The notes beneath the pieces were generated by a model. It did no database searches. It had not been told where the DNA came from and saw only the letters and a list, made by a program, of their open reading frames with translations. The position numbers and the translations under genes are program-made. This document shows positions 8,429 through 19,485 of a stretch of 64,000 nucleotides of DNA, piece after piece. Every line of letters starts with the position of its first letter. Position 1 is the stretch's first letter. The stretch is from Armatimonadota bacterium (GTDB lineage: Bacteria > Armatimonadota > HRBIN16), in assembly GCA_963677485.1 (NCBI GenBank), contig OY781964.1, positions 320,001-384,000 on the forward strand, read 5' to 3'.

Positions 8429-10342
8429 ATGAGGCATTCCATCCAGTCTGGGTTCAGTGTTCGAGCGGTTGTATTGGGTCTTATTCTCATCATCCCCAAT
8501 GTCTTCTGGACGGTCTACGGCGAAGTGATCTCACAGACCGACCTCAACTCCACCTCGCTGATGATGCCGCCGCTTTGCACTCTGCTATTGTTACTCATCT
8601 GCAACGCCGGGATTCGCCGGATATGGCCAAAGAAGGCACTGCTGCCAGCGGAGCTGATCTCCATCTACGTCATCGTCACCATGGCCACCGTGCTGGCGGG
8701 CATGGGCATGCTTCAGTTTATCGTGACCACACTGCCCGCGGGGTATCACTACGGGCTGGTGTCCAAAGACATCGCCACAGTCACAAAGAGTTTCCCGGCC
8801 TGGGCGATGCCAAGTTCTACAGTCACAGAGGCGTTCTACAAGGGAAACAGTAGCGTGCCGTGGTCCGCCTGGGCACTCCCCCTGACGATCTGGGGCGGGT
8901 TTCTGATGATCATGGTCTGGACGATGTATTGCATGAACGCGATGTTCCGCAAGCAGTGGATGGACCGCGAGCGTCTGACCTACCCGATCGTGCTGCTGCC
9001 GCTGGAAATGACCGATCCGAATGCTGGATTCTTCAAAAACAAGCTGATGTGGGCGGGTTTCGCAGTTCCGGTGATCCTGGAGAGCATGAACAGCCTGAAT
9101 GCCCTCTTCCCCAGTGTGCCCTTCCTGCAAATCCGCGCCAGGGAGCTGGCAGTGTTCTTCCCCGACCCGCCGTGGAACTCGATGGGCCCTCTGCAGACCA
9201 CCTTCTACCCGCTGGCCATCGGCCTGGGTTACCTGCTTCCCGCGGATGTGAGCTTTAGCTGCTCCTTCTTCTACATCCTGACCAGGCTGGAGAATGTCGC
9301 CACCGCCGCCATCGGTCTGAACCAGGGCGGAGGCACCGGTGCTCAGTGGCCGTTCCTTGGTGCTCAAGGCGTCGGCGGGTTCCTGGGACTGGCGGCCATG
9401 ACCATCTGGCTGGCGCGGAAGCACCTGGCGGATGTCTGGCGCGGTGCCTGGAAGCCGAAGCAGGCGGACGACGCGGATGAGCCGATGAGCTACCGCGCGG
9501 CGTGTATAGGATTGTTGCTAGGTATCGTCGGCCTGATGGCCTACGGGTATATGTTCAAGATATCACCCGCGGTGTTTGGGCTCTATCTGCTGCTCTACCT
9601 CGCCTTTTCGCTGACCATCACGCGGCTGCGGGCGGAGGCAGGTCCCGCCTGGACCATGGGCCCCGCCATGAATGCGATCTCCGTGACACACACCACCATC
9701 GGCACCATCAACATGACCGACACGGACATCCACAAACTCGCCCTATTCGGCTGGTTTGCGCAGGAGATGCGCTGCTGCCCGATGCCGGTGAGTGCTGAGG
9801 CGATGAAGATGCAACACGGCCAGAAAACTCCGCGCACATTGCTCACCAGCGTTTTGATGCTGGCCTCTGTGTTGGGTATAGTCGTTGGCTTCATTGCACT
9901 GCTGATGGTGTATTACCAGAGCGGAGCCGCCAGCAGCAAGGTGGATCCGTGGCGCACGGGCAGCGGACTAGCACCGTATTGGACGGCATTCTCAGCGGGG
10001 ATGAACCCGCGCAACCCCGACTGGTCGCAACTGGGAGGTACCGCGTTTGGTGCGCTGGTGGCGGTCGGCTTGACTTTCGCCCGCACGATGTTTGTGTGGT
10101 GGCCGCTGCACCCCGCCGGCTACGTGCTGGCCAACACCGGCACGATGGACTGGCTGTGGCTGCCCTTCGCCATCGCCTGGGCGTCTAAGGTCAGCTTCCT
10201 AAAGCTCGGCGGCGTCAAAAGCTATCGGAACGCCATGCCGTTCTTCATGGGACTGGTGGTGGGTGACTACGTCACCAGTGCGCTTTGGGCACTTCTAGGC
10301 AGCCTGCTTCGCATGCCCATGTACCGCTGCTTCCCCTGCTGA
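8429..10342 (+). CDS. DUF6785/DUF6784-type multi-pass membrane protein (putative peptide transporter)
   Basis: Many TM helices; motifs RKQWMDRERLTYP and WWPLHPAGY recognised as typical of this family; ATG at 8429 after a GAGG RBS is preferred over 8327. Confidence 0.75.
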   Translation: MRHSIQSGFSVRAVVLGLILIIPNVFWTVYGEVISQTDLNSTSLMMPPLCTLLLLLICNAGIRRIWPKKALLPAELISIYVIVTMATVLAGMGMLQFIVTTLPAGYHYGLVSKDIATVTKSFPAWAMPSSTVTEAFYKGNSSVPWSAWALPLTIWGGFLMIMVWTMYCMNAMFRKQWMDRERLTYPIVLLPLEMTDPNAGFFKNKLMWAGFAVPVILESMNSLNALFPSVPFLQIRARELAVFFPDPPWNSMGPLQTTFYPLAIGLGYLLPADVSFSCSFFYILTRLENVATAAIGLNQGGGTGAQWPFLGAQGVGGFLGLAAMTIWLARKHLADVWRGAWKPKQADDADEPMSYRAACIGLLLGIVGLMAYGYMFKISPAVFGLYLLLYLAFSLTITRLRAEAGPAWTMGPAMNAISVTHTTIGTINMTDTDIHKLALFGWFAQEMRCCPMPVSAEAMKMQHGQKTPRTLLTSVLMLASVLGIVVGFIALLMVYYQSGAASSKVDPWRTGSGLAPYWTAFSAGMNPRNPDWSQLGGTAFGALVAVGLTFARTMFVWWPLHPAGYVLANTGTMDWLWLPFAIAWASKVSFLKLGGVKSYRNAMPFFMGLVVGDYVTSALWALLGSLLRMPMYRCFPC

Positions 10343-10344
10343 GC

Positions 10345-10732
10345 CGGAGGAGACAGGAGACAAGGAGAGCAGGAGCCAGTAAAAAACGACCGAGTGGAAT
10401 CTCACGCGAAGACGCAATGTTTGTTGTCCGGAGTCTCACGCGAAGACGCGAAGGCGCGAAGTTTGCTGTCCAGGGTGGTTTGGATTATAGCCGCCCCATT
10501 CGCGTTCATTCGTGTCCATTCGCGGTTAAAGGAACCAGCACCGCCCAGCGCACGAATGCTACCTCGGAGTCTCACGCGAAGACGCGAAGGCGCGAAGTGT
10601 GCGGTCCGGTGCAGTCTAGCAAATAACCGTCCCATTCGCGTTCATCCGTGTTCATCCGTGGTTAATAGAACGCACACCACCCCGGTCATGGGTATCCCTT
10701 AATCCGTGTCATCTGCGCAATCTGTGGATTAG
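10345..10732. repeat. composite intergenic repeat array
   Basis: AGGAGAC-like run, three CTCACGCGAAGACGC modules, two CCATTCGCGTTCAT(T/C)CGTG modules and ATCTGCGCAATCTGTGGATT, between convergent genes. Confidence 0.75.
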
Positions 10733-10754
10733 TATACCCATCCGCCGCCCAGGC

Positions 10755-12764
10755 TTAGTCACGCTCCTTCGCCATGCGGTAATCCAAGCGCGACGGCGGA
10801 ACTAGCTCGCGCCGAACCTTAGCCCGAAGGGCATCGTCCAACGGCACTCCCTGCTCATCGCTGATCCGCTTCGCTTGCAGCGCGAACCACAGATCGGTCA
10901 GCGTCACCTCTCCCTCGCGGATATTCGCGAAGTTGTGCTGGAGTATCTGGTCGACACCATCCAGCTCGTTGAAATGCAGAGCCAATTTACCATAAGCCAG
11001 CATGATGCGCTCATGGGTGCCGTAATTGGTCGGCAGCTCCGACAGGAACTTCCTCAGCTCATCCCACTTGCCGCAAACCTCCATGATCCCCGCAAACTCC
11101 ACAGCCAGACTGGGGTGTTGCGGCCCTGTCTGCCAGGCATTCTCGAAATACTCGTAGGCTGCCTGGTTGTGACCAGCCCGCTGCTCCAGCACCGCCAGAT
11201 TACGGTAGGCCCAGCTAGAAGGCGTTCGGTGAATGGAAAGAATCCAGGCATCGCGCGCGCCTAGCAGATCGTTAGCCTCATGGCGCATGACACCCAGGTG
11301 CAGCCATCCAAGCCAGTGGTCGCTGCCGCCCTTCGCGGCCGACCGCTCCAACAGCTCGTGCCACTCATTCTGAATCATGTAGCAGCCCGGGCCGTCTTTA
11401 ATGTCCCGACAGGGCAGAGTTCCTTCGTGCAACAGCGTCAACCAGGGCTGCTGGTCTTCCTGGCACTCCGGTGCGAACACCAGGCTGCTTGGTATTCGAG
11501 GTCCCTCAGCACACGCCGCTTCCCTCTGACGCTCCAGGCTGCCCCAGCCTTCGTCATTGCAGATCACTTCGGCGGGCTGCAGCAGCATCCTGCGCTCCAA
11601 ATCGGCGTGGATGAGCTCCATATCGGCCTGAGGCAACTGCTTCTCGAGCTGCGACTGAACCGCTTGCCGGGCATCCGACCATGAGCTGGAATGCAGCTTC
11701 TCAGGCTCCGCCTGAAGCAGACCGTATGCCTCTGTCCAGCTCCATTCCGCACGAGCCGGCATGGGAACATGCTCGAGCTGCGTCCTGGCGAGTCCGGCCT
11801 GGATCTCCAGATACTCCCGCCCCTCACCTAGCAGATGCTGCTGCCAGCGCTGACCTCCGCTGCGGGTGCCCCAGGCGAACAGCTTCCGTCCGCACAGCCG
11901 GCTGGTCGAAGTCTGCACCAGACCCTGCCCTGATCCATCGACACAAGCCACCCAGGGGCGCGCCGATTTTGGGATGTCAAAATAGAACTCATTCGAGTAG
12001 TCCAGGTTGGTGGTGTATGTGATGTCGCGCCCGTTCAGCATCGGCAGATCCATCAGCGCCAGTATGCCTCCAGTGTGATGCAGGTTCTGGTCGGCGGAAA
12101 CTAGAATGCGGCGATCGGCCGACTGCTTCACGCCGATGTTGGACCACCAATAGGCCGAAACCTGTTCATCCTGAGTGTTCACAAGCCTCACGTGGATGTA
12201 GAGATGCTTCGAACCATCTGGCAGATAGGCATCAATCTGGTACGCAAGACCCTTCACCCTGTCCCAGGCGTATAGACGAAGCGACTCCTCGCTTGCCTCA
12301 TCCACTACCCTGGCGGCGTTGATCGGCGAGCAGGTGAGATAGTGGTGGCCCAACTGCCCCACATTCCACTCCACACCTCCGGCAATCCAGGCATCGCGCA
12401 GGGCGATATTCACCGGCTGGAAGTTAACCACCGGCTCCAGCAGCTCACAGCCAGTGGCGAGGTCGACCAGCGAGCTCATTCGGCCACCCAGTTCGGGCAG
12501 GAAGCTCGCTTTGATGTATTCATTCTGTAGTGTGATGACTGTAAATTCGCGAGGTGTCAGCTCTCGGCCATATCCGTCCTGCATCCGATATGGCAACACG
12601 CGGTAACCGGTCTGCCAGCCTAGATAATTTTTAAAATCCTCGGGCACCGTCTCATCGGTCGCAAAATCCATATTCGGTTCGGCAGCTCGGAAGATCGGTA
12701 GCGGGTTCTCATCACCCAGCTTGGCTGCGGGCATAGAAATGCGGTTCACTGTGAGCGTAGCCAT
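10755..12764 (-). CDS. DUF5107 domain protein with C-terminal TPR-like helices
   Basis: LQNEYIKASFLPELGGR, GGVEWN, YWWSN and EYLEIQAG motifs; ATG at 12764 after GAGGT (the ORF caller starts at 12788). Confidence 0.8.
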   Translation of the reverse strand: MATLTVNRISMPAAKLGDENPLPIFRAAEPNMDFATDETVPEDFKNYLGWQTGYRVLPYRMQDGYGRELTPREFTVITLQNEYIKASFLPELGGRMSSLVDLATGCELLEPVVNFQPVNIALRDAWIAGGVEWNVGQLGHHYLTCSPINAARVVDEASEESLRLYAWDRVKGLAYQIDAYLPDGSKHLYIHVRLVNTQDEQVSAYWWSNIGVKQSADRRILVSADQNLHHTGGILALMDLPMLNGRDITYTTNLDYSNEFYFDIPKSARPWVACVDGSGQGLVQTSTSRLCGRKLFAWGTRSGGQRWQQHLLGEGREYLEIQAGLARTQLEHVPMPARAEWSWTEAYGLLQAEPEKLHSSSWSDARQAVQSQLEKQLPQADMELIHADLERRMLLQPAEVICNDEGWGSLERQREAACAEGPRIPSSLVFAPECQEDQQPWLTLLHEGTLPCRDIKDGPGCYMIQNEWHELLERSAAKGGSDHWLGWLHLGVMRHEANDLLGARDAWILSIHRTPSSWAYRNLAVLEQRAGHNQAAYEYFENAWQTGPQHPSLAVEFAGIMEVCGKWDELRKFLSELPTNYGTHERIMLAYGKLALHFNELDGVDQILQHNFANIREGEVTLTDLWFALQAKRISDEQGVPLDDALRAKVRRELVPPSRLDYRMAKERD

Positions 12765-12812
12765 CGCGTCATACCTCGTCATCAACAAATAATCGTTCGG
12801 ATACGGGGGTGG

Positions 12813-13724
12813 TTACCGAAGTGCCACCATCACGAGACCTGCCAGCATCACCCCAATCCCGATCAATTTCGGGATATGGGCTTTTTCCTTCAACACTACT
12901 ATACCCAACATGGCCCCGATCGGGATACTGAGCTGCCGGAATGCCACCACGTAGCTGACATTTTTGGCAAAACCCATCGCCACGAGCACCAGCCCGTAAG
13001 CTGCGAAAACGCCTATCCCCGCCACCGCACTACTGCGGATATACCGCCAGTCAACGGGTGCCGACCGCTTCAGCTTAAGCTGCCCGCTCACCATAAGCAT
13101 CAGCAGCAGCCATGCAGATGAAAACACGCCTTCCATCACCGCATACACAAGGGTTAACACCGTATTGCTGGCCCGAACATCCAAGTGTGTGTGCAGTGAC
13201 CGCAACGCAGTGTCATCAACTATCGAATAACCGGCAGTTCCTATCGCCGCCATGAGAGCAAAAAGGCTGGCCGGCTTGATGTAGTCACGCCAATGCCACT
13301 CTGACCATCTACCAACGGGCAGCACCAGTCCGCCAAGTGCCACGAGCACCATGCCGGCAATGGCCATTAGCGAAAGCTGTCCTGTCCGACCTATAGCCAG
13401 GTTGAACAGCAAAACCAGCACCACCGGAATGGAGCGCGCCATGGGGTAGACCACCGACATCTGGCCGGCACGATACGCGCTGGCCAGTCCCCAATAGTAG
13501 ACCGCCTGGAACAGCCCTGTGAGCACAAGATAGACCCAGAGCTCGGACGGAAACCACACCACCAGATGCAAAAATGGAGCCATGAACAGGCCCAGAATAA
13601 TCCATCCGAAGCTGTTGGCCAACAGGAAGAACTCCGTGGCCGCCTCTTCCCGCTTTCCCAGCAGGTTCCAGCAGGCGTGTATGGTGGCCGATACGATTAG
13701 TAAAGCGATCGCGACAGTGGTCAC
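12813..13724 (-). CDS. EamA/DMT family transporter
   Basis: About 10 TM; SATIHACWN, SVVYPMARS and VVAFRQLS motifs; GTG start overlaps the TGA of the upstream gene (GTGA). Confidence 0.85.
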   Translation of the reverse strand: MTTVAIALLIVSATIHACWNLLGKREEAATEFFLLANSFGWIILGLFMAPFLHLVVWFPSELWVYLVLTGLFQAVYYWGLASAYRAGQMSVVYPMARSIPVVLVLLFNLAIGRTGQLSLMAIAGMVLVALGGLVLPVGRWSEWHWRDYIKPASLFALMAAIGTAGYSIVDDTALRSLHTHLDVRASNTVLTLVYAVMEGVFSSAWLLLMLMVSGQLKLKRSAPVDWRYIRSSAVAGIGVFAAYGLVLVAMGFAKNVSYVVAFRQLSIPIGAMLGIVVLKEKAHIPKLIGIGVMLAGLVMVALR

Positions 13725-15016
13725 GACACCGCCCACAACCGATCATACAGACGGCTCACCCGGGCCTTCAACGCTCGCAAGGATGCGGCTGCACCAGCAT
13801 CGCCAGCCAAATGTGCCAGCATGAGACGCCCCTCTTCCACGCAGAGTTCATCATGTTTCGGGAATATCTCCCGCAACAGGAACTGTGAATACCGTACCAG
13901 TCGGAACGGCCCAAACGCACGAACCTGCTCATTGGGAAGCCCTTCTACCGCCACCGAAAACAGATCACGTACACTGCCCACCAGTGCTGGCAACTCCAGA
14001 GATTTGGAAAACACGATGGTGTAATACCAGCCAAACAGCTCAGACTGAACGCATCCGTGCGAGTCGCTGGCCCCCACTACCGGGATGCGCCGCCCTTTAG
14101 CACGCTCGTCATGGTAACGGGCGACCTGCAGCATGTTGGATTCGACCTCACTAGACAAGTAACCGCCGATCAATTCCAGTGCATCGTATGGCTGGTGCTC
14201 AAAAATCAGATCGGTCAGGTATTCCGGCACATCAAGCCGAGTCCCTGCCTGCCAGTAAGGATGGCAGAACACCGCCAGACCGCCGCCATCACGTATTTTT
14301 TTAAAGCTCCAAATACAGCTTGCCAGTTCATAGCGGCTGACACCTGATGGAACTTTATCAAGCGACCGCTCGATAGAGGCCACTTCGGCTTTATAGGCAT
14401 CCGTCGCGAACAGGGCATTCACGCTGAACCTACTTCCGAAATTCACAATATGCACCGGATTTTCAGGAGGATGCACCTCCTCGCCTGGGAATATCTTCAA
14501 GTCGATGTCAAGCCCTTCAAACGCCTTCATCGCCTCAAGTGATGGGCCATACTGGCGATGATCGGTGATCGCCATGAAATCCAACCCAATTTTCCGGCAC
14601 GAAGCCGTAAGGAAGCCGGGTGACTCCTTGCCATCAGACCGGAAGGTATGCATATGGGTGTCACCCTTGTAGGGCCGTCGAACTAACAGGTCGGGCTCCA
14701 GCGCATAGAGACGAAACTCCGCCATCGTGCTGTTCTTGCCATTCTCGTTCAGGTGGAGCTGTAGAATGTACTCCTGCTCGCCCTCAAACTGCAGTTTGGC
14801 CTTGATACAACCATTGGTCAGCGTGGCCGGTGAAGGCGTTCGATCCTTTCGGTTGGTCTGTTTCGCCGCTCCGCTGATAGGAATGAGCGTCACCTGAAAC
14901 TGCGCACCGGCAGGGAAGGCCACATGGTCGTATAGCGGTTTGATGGTGATCTCAGTCTGCTGATGGGCAGGCACAATCTGAGGTGTGCATTCATAGAATA
15001 CGTGAGCCAGTTTCAT
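13721..15016 (-). CDS. PHP-family metallohydrolase (CehA/McbA-like)
   Basis: KGDTHMHTFRSDG, AITDH, GEEVH, HPYW and GASDSH metal-binding motifs. Confidence 0.85.
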   Translation of the reverse strand: MKLAHVFYECTPQIVPAHQQTEITIKPLYDHVAFPAGAQFQVTLIPISGAAKQTNRKDRTPSPATLTNGCIKAKLQFEGEQEYILQLHLNENGKNSTMAEFRLYALEPDLLVRRPYKGDTHMHTFRSDGKESPGFLTASCRKIGLDFMAITDHRQYGPSLEAMKAFEGLDIDLKIFPGEEVHPPENPVHIVNFGSRFSVNALFATDAYKAEVASIERSLDKVPSGVSRYELASCIWSFKKIRDGGGLAVFCHPYWQAGTRLDVPEYLTDLIFEHQPYDALELIGGYLSSEVESNMLQVARYHDERAKGRRIPVVGASDSHGCVQSELFGWYYTIVFSKSLELPALVGSVRDLFSVAVEGLPNEQVRAFGPFRLVRYSQFLLREIFPKHDELCVEEGRLMLAHLAGDAGAAASLRALKARVSRLYDRLWAVS

Positions 15017-15122
15017 GACAATGTCCTTTCTGACAAACCATCCGACGTGATGGACCGATCAGATGGATCTTGCATACCAGTCTGATCCGTCCGATTAACT
15101 AAATTGGTAGGGAGAACCCTAC

Positions 15123-16244
15123 CTACTTATCGAAACTAGGTATTTTCATCTGCACTCCGCCCTTTTCTGCCGAGGCGTGCGCGATGATGCCAGGCACGGT
15201 GTAGGCCAGCGCCTCGTGGATGTCCACGGCGGGCTTGCGGTTGTTCACCAAAGCGTCAATGAATTCGTGCGTCAGGAACGGCTCTGCACCCTCATGACCG
15301 CCGCCGACCCGCATGGGTTCGGGCAGCATGGTCTGAGCCCAGTTTACCAGCGGAGACGGTTCAAACTCCGCCTCTTCGCGGGCAAAGCCAGCACTATCCG
15401 TGCCCATCTTGTGGGTCGACCGGCGGATAACCGGGCCGATCCCGTTCGTGCTTGGTTCGAAGTAGCTCATTTTGCTGCCATACCACTGCGCGCGCTCACA
15501 ACCACCAAACGCGCCGCGCCAGTTGATGGACACTCGGAAGGCATGGCCCTTGCTCGTTTTGAACATGGCCGTCTCATTCCAAAACTTGTTATGGTAGGGG
15601 TTCCCCTCCATGATTGGGTCGCCATCACCCCAGCCGATACCGGTCACTTCAGTCAGCCGTTCCCCGGTCAAGCCCACCAGGAAGGAGGTGCAGTGCGTGG
15701 GATAAAGCATCGGAGGAAGTCCCCAGCGCCAGGTGTGGTTGCCCTTCTCGTCTTTCCAGAGCTGATACTCCATACCGGCATGGTGGTATTCGGCTTCCGT
15801 ATAATAGATGTCGCCAAACTTGCCTTCCGCCAAAAACTTGCGGGCTGAAATCATCGCGGGATGGTAGTAGCTAGTCTCAGCCATCATGTATGTCAGGCCG
15901 GTCTTCTTCTGTGCGGCGAAAAGCTGCTCCGCTTGAGCCATCGAGATGCACGCAGGCACCGCGGAGATCACATGTTTCCCAGCTTTCATGCAGGCTACCG
16001 CATGCTTCACATGGTCAGGGGCGCCTGTGAATACTGCTACCGCATCGACATCCTTGTCCTTGATCAGCTCCTCCAGTGAGGGATACGATTTGTTACACTT
16101 GTAAACTTCCATCAGAAACTTGCGACGGTCATCACGCAAGTCGGATACCGCCTCAACGATGCAGTTTGGATCGAGATGCCAAAAGAATGCGGACCCAAAT
16201 CCGCCGCCGACAACGCCTATCCTGATCTTCTTTGATGAACTCAT
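15123..16244 (-). CDS. Gfo/Idh/MocA family oxidoreductase
   Basis: IRIGVVGGGFG Rossmann start, GKHVISAVP, EAEYHH, GGHEG; ATG at 16244 after AGGAG. Confidence 0.9.
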   Translation of the reverse strand: MSSSKKIRIGVVGGGFGSAFFWHLDPNCIVEAVSDLRDDRRKFLMEVYKCNKSYPSLEELIKDKDVDAVAVFTGAPDHVKHAVACMKAGKHVISAVPACISMAQAEQLFAAQKKTGLTYMMAETSYYHPAMISARKFLAEGKFGDIYYTEAEYHHAGMEYQLWKDEKGNHTWRWGLPPMLYPTHCTSFLVGLTGERLTEVTGIGWGDGDPIMEGNPYHNKFWNETAMFKTSKGHAFRVSINWRGAFGGCERAQWYGSKMSYFEPSTNGIGPVIRRSTHKMGTDSAGFAREEAEFEPSPLVNWAQTMLPEPMRVGGGHEGAEPFLTHEFIDALVNNRKPAVDIHEALAYTVPGIIAHASAEKGGVQMKIPSFDK

Positions 16245-16319
16245 GATGATGCCTCTCCTGTGCTGTGCTTCTAGTGCCACCGAGTGTGGTCACTATGGAT
16301 TTTTGTGCCTTCAAGCTAG

Positions 16320-16348
16320 AAGTTACCCCGGTTTGTTCAGAATGTCAA
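16320..16348 (-). promoter_or_regulatory. sigma70-like promoter for the oxidoreductase-PHP-EamA-DUF5107 run
   Basis: Minus strand TTGACA (16348-16343), 17 nt, TAACTT (16325-16320). Confidence 0.5.
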
Positions 16349-16427
16349 TACCAGCGTTACTAACCAATAGCTAGAACTGCGTATTTGGCTGTTCCGGGGT
16401 AGTCTTTCGGTATGCTGGTATATGATC

Positions 16428-16747
16428 CTGCTGACAGCCGGACCATTCGCGTTCATTCGTGGTTAATAGAACCAACACGCCGTTCCTGCTCCCGACAAAT
16501 ATCTTTCATGGCTATCCGCCAGACCGGCGCGGTCTTGTGCCTTCTGCAACTGCTAGCTCTCTGCTAGACCGCCCCGGACTTAGGCCACGCTTGACCGCCC
16601 CGGACTTAGGTAACGCTTGATCTGTGCTGCCCGATGCCTGCTGACAGCCGAACCATTCGCGTCCATCCGTGTCCATTCGTGGTTTAAAGAACCAACACAG
16701 GTGTGATTGACTTCTGATCTGTGTAATCTGCGTCATCTGTGGATTGA
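16428..16747. repeat. composite intergenic repeat array
   Basis: Same modules as at 7.6-8.3 kb: CCATTCGCGTTCATTCGTGGTT, TGGCTATCCGCCAGACCGGCGCGGTCTT, GACCGCCCCGGAC x2, ATCTGCGTCATCTGTGGATT. Confidence 0.75.
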
Positions 16748-16869
16748 CTCACCAACACCAGCCCGGCAATTATACCGCTATTTCATTTAGGGGTACAATA
16801 TTCTGGGGACGTTGCGCCCTGGAAGTTCACACAAATACGTAAAGCAGTATTCTAAGGAGATATCAACGC

Positions 16870-17634
16870 ATGGATACCAAAAGAGTCCTATCGCAGGTAG
16901 TGGAACTCTCCCACTGGCTGGGTGAAGAGCCGCGCGAACTAGCGATTATGGGCGAAGGCAACACTTCCGCACTCAGTGAAGACGGCAGCTTCTTCTACGT
17001 GAAGGCCAGCGGCACTCGCCTGATGGACATCCCGGAAGATGGTTTCGTGAAAGTTGACCTCGCGAAAGCGCTCGATTTCCTGAAAAACGGCGAAGACAGC
17101 GATACCGCCACCCAGCAGGCTCTAAAGGACTGCCGCGTTGAGGCCACCGAAAAGCGGATGCCCTCTGTAGAGACCTTCCTGCACGCGTATCTGCTTTCCC
17201 TGCCAAAGATCAACTTCGTAGGCCACACCCATGCCACTTATGTGAACATGCTGACCTGCTGCGTCGACGCTGAGAAGCTGATTGCTGGACGACTATTCCC
17301 AGATGAGATCGTATGTTGCGGCGTCGCCCCGCTGTGGGTTCCCTACACCGATCCGGGCCTTCCCCTTGCCCGTGAGCTGGCCGCCCGCTGCGACGTCTAC
17401 ATCGACAAATATAACACAGCCCCTCGCGTCATCCTCATGCAGAACCACGGCATGATCTGCTCCTCCGACAGCGTATCTGGAGTGCAGAGTGCCACCGCCA
17501 TGTATCAAAAGACCGCCAAGGTAATCCTCGGCGCCGTCTCACTGGGCGGACTGCGCTTCATGAGTGAAGAAAATGTGAACCGGATTTACACACGACCCGA
17601 CGAAGCCTACCGCAAACAAGTCATCACGGGTTAA
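16870..17634 (+). CDS. class II aldolase/adducin family protein (rhamnulose/fuculose-phosphate aldolase-like)
   Basis: GEGNTS, VKASG, PSVETFLH, HTH and NHG zinc motifs; AAGGAG RBS. Confidence 0.9.
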   Translation: MDTKRVLSQVVELSHWLGEEPRELAIMGEGNTSALSEDGSFFYVKASGTRLMDIPEDGFVKVDLAKALDFLKNGEDSDTATQQALKDCRVEATEKRMPSVETFLHAYLLSLPKINFVGHTHATYVNMLTCCVDAEKLIAGRLFPDEIVCCGVAPLWVPYTDPGLPLARELAARCDVYIDKYNTAPRVILMQNHGMICSSDSVSGVQSATAMYQKTAKVILGAVSLGGLRFMSEENVNRIYTRPDEAYRKQVITG

Positions 17635-17653
17635 TTGACTAAGGAGTGGATGA

Positions 17654-19372
17654 ATGTCTCAAAAACTAGATACCTATGTGAAGGCTCAAGGCCAGCTACC
17701 GGCCACCTGCCTTCAATGGCGGCTCTACGGCGCCGGTCTTGAGAATTTCGGCATCAATGCCCAGCCAGAGGAGATCGCTCTGCCCGAGCCAGCCGATGAC
17801 CAACTGCTGCTCCGCACCGACTCAATTGGCATCTGCTTCTCTGACGTCAAAGTCGTCAAGCAGGGTAATGAGCACGCTCGCCTGGTCGGACGTGACATGA
17901 AGACCAATCCCGTGGTGCTTGGCCACGAGGCGCACGTCACCGTGGCCAAAGTCGGCAAGAACCTGGCCGCCCGATACAAAGTCGGTGAGCGGTTCATCGT
18001 GCAGGCCGATGTCTTCTATAAAGGCGTCTCCATGGCCTACGGCTATGTGCTTCACGGCGCCATGACCCAGTATGGCCTGGTCGGCAAAGAAATTACCGAC
18101 GGCGACGACGGCAGTTACCTGCTGCCCGTGAAAGACAGCACCGGATATGTGGAAGCCGCTTTAGTGGAGCCCTGGGCCTGCGTGGTCGATAGTTATGACC
18201 AGCATCGCCGCACCGGCATCAAGGATCATGGCACCGCATTAGTGGTCGTGGCCGATGATGCCGATGGTTACACCCTTGGCAGTTTGGCCACCGGCCCACA
18301 CCCCGCCGTGCCATCCCAAATCGTGGCCGTGAACCTGAAGGGATCCCTTTACAACCAAGCACTCAACGCTGGCTTAAACATCATCAAAGTGGTTGATCTA
18401 GCCGCTGCGAAGGCATTTTTACCTAAGGGTGCAGACGACGTGATCGCCATAGGTAATCTGTCCGAAGAGGTCGTTGAAGGGGCTGCCGCACTGCTCGGTG
18501 TTAAGGGCCTGATGTGGGTCGCCCGCACCCAGCCTTTCACTCGTAACCTGAGCCTGGACCTTGGCCGTATCCACTACGATCAGCTCTGGTTCACGGGCAC
18601 ATTCGGCACAGACATCAGCAAAGCGGCCCAGCCGGCTCTGCGCAGCGACTTCCAGGCAGGCTCCAAGATCTGGCTGGTCGGCGCAGGCGGCCCAATGGGT
18701 CAGATGCACCTGCAGCGCGCAGTTCAGATGAGCAACCCGCCATCCGTGATCGTGGCCAGCGATGTGGACGATGTTCGTATGGAATACGCCCGAAACCGCT
18801 ACGCCAAGATCGCTGCTGATGCCGGTGTGAAACTCGTCTTCCTGAACCCGAAGACACTCGGTAACGAGGCTTTCGCCGAGGCGCTCAACGCCGCGACGGA
18901 CGGAGCCGGCTTTGACTACATCTCCTGCATGGTGCCAGTCGCACCGATCGTCAGCGACAGCTTCAAGAGCATGGGCAAGTGCAGCGTGATGAACCTGTTT
19001 GCAGGCCTGGGCCGAGGCACGATGGGAAATGTGGACTACAACCTGGTTTGCGGACAGGGCGCCCGCCTGTTTGGTTCCAGCGGCAGCAGCATCGACAGCA
19101 TCAGCAAGACATTGAACCTGATGGAAAGCGGAGAGCTGAAGACCCGCGCCAGTCTGGCCGCCATCGGCGGTATGACCTCGATGTGGGAGGGTTTGAAAGC
19201 CGTCATGGAGAACAAGTTCTCCGGCAAGACGGTGATCATTCCCAACATCGAGCTGCCATTGATGTCCGTTCAGGAGATCAAAGAAAAGCTGCCCACCGTC
19301 TACGCCAAGCTGGAAGACGGCAAGTTCTGGACAGTCGAAGCAGAGCAAGAACTGCTGGAGCTGAAACTCTAG
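17654..19372 (+). CDS. zinc-type alcohol dehydrogenase superfamily protein, L-sorbose-1-phosphate reductase-like
   Basis: GICFSD, GHE, LVEPWACV and GAGGPMG motifs; longer than typical MDRs (572 aa). Confidence 0.8.
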   Translation: MSQKLDTYVKAQGQLPATCLQWRLYGAGLENFGINAQPEEIALPEPADDQLLLRTDSIGICFSDVKVVKQGNEHARLVGRDMKTNPVVLGHEAHVTVAKVGKNLAARYKVGERFIVQADVFYKGVSMAYGYVLHGAMTQYGLVGKEITDGDDGSYLLPVKDSTGYVEAALVEPWACVVDSYDQHRRTGIKDHGTALVVVADDADGYTLGSLATGPHPAVPSQIVAVNLKGSLYNQALNAGLNIIKVVDLAAAKAFLPKGADDVIAIGNLSEEVVEGAAALLGVKGLMWVARTQPFTRNLSLDLGRIHYDQLWFTGTFGTDISKAAQPALRSDFQAGSKIWLVGAGGPMGQMHLQRAVQMSNPPSVIVASDVDDVRMEYARNRYAKIAADAGVKLVFLNPKTLGNEAFAEALNAATDGAGFDYISCMVPVAPIVSDSFKSMGKCSVMNLFAGLGRGTMGNVDYNLVCGQGARLFGSSGSSIDSISKTLNLMESGELKTRASLAAIGGMTSMWEGLKAVMENKFSGKTVIIPNIELPLMSVQEIKEKLPTVYAKLEDGKFWTVEAEQELLELKL

Positions 19373-19391
19373 AATCAACAAGCAAGACTCA

Positions 19392-19418
19392 TACGCCGAC
19401 CGGTAAACGGTCGGCGTA
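19392..19418 (+). other. intra-operon hairpin
   Basis: TACGCCGACCG-GTAAA-CGGTCGGCGTA, a perfect 11-bp stem with no strong U tail. Confidence 0.5.
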
Positions 19419-19485
19419 GTTATATCACCCGTTCAAGTAGCGATACCTGAGCATATACGAACAGACTCACAGGAGCAGACATACG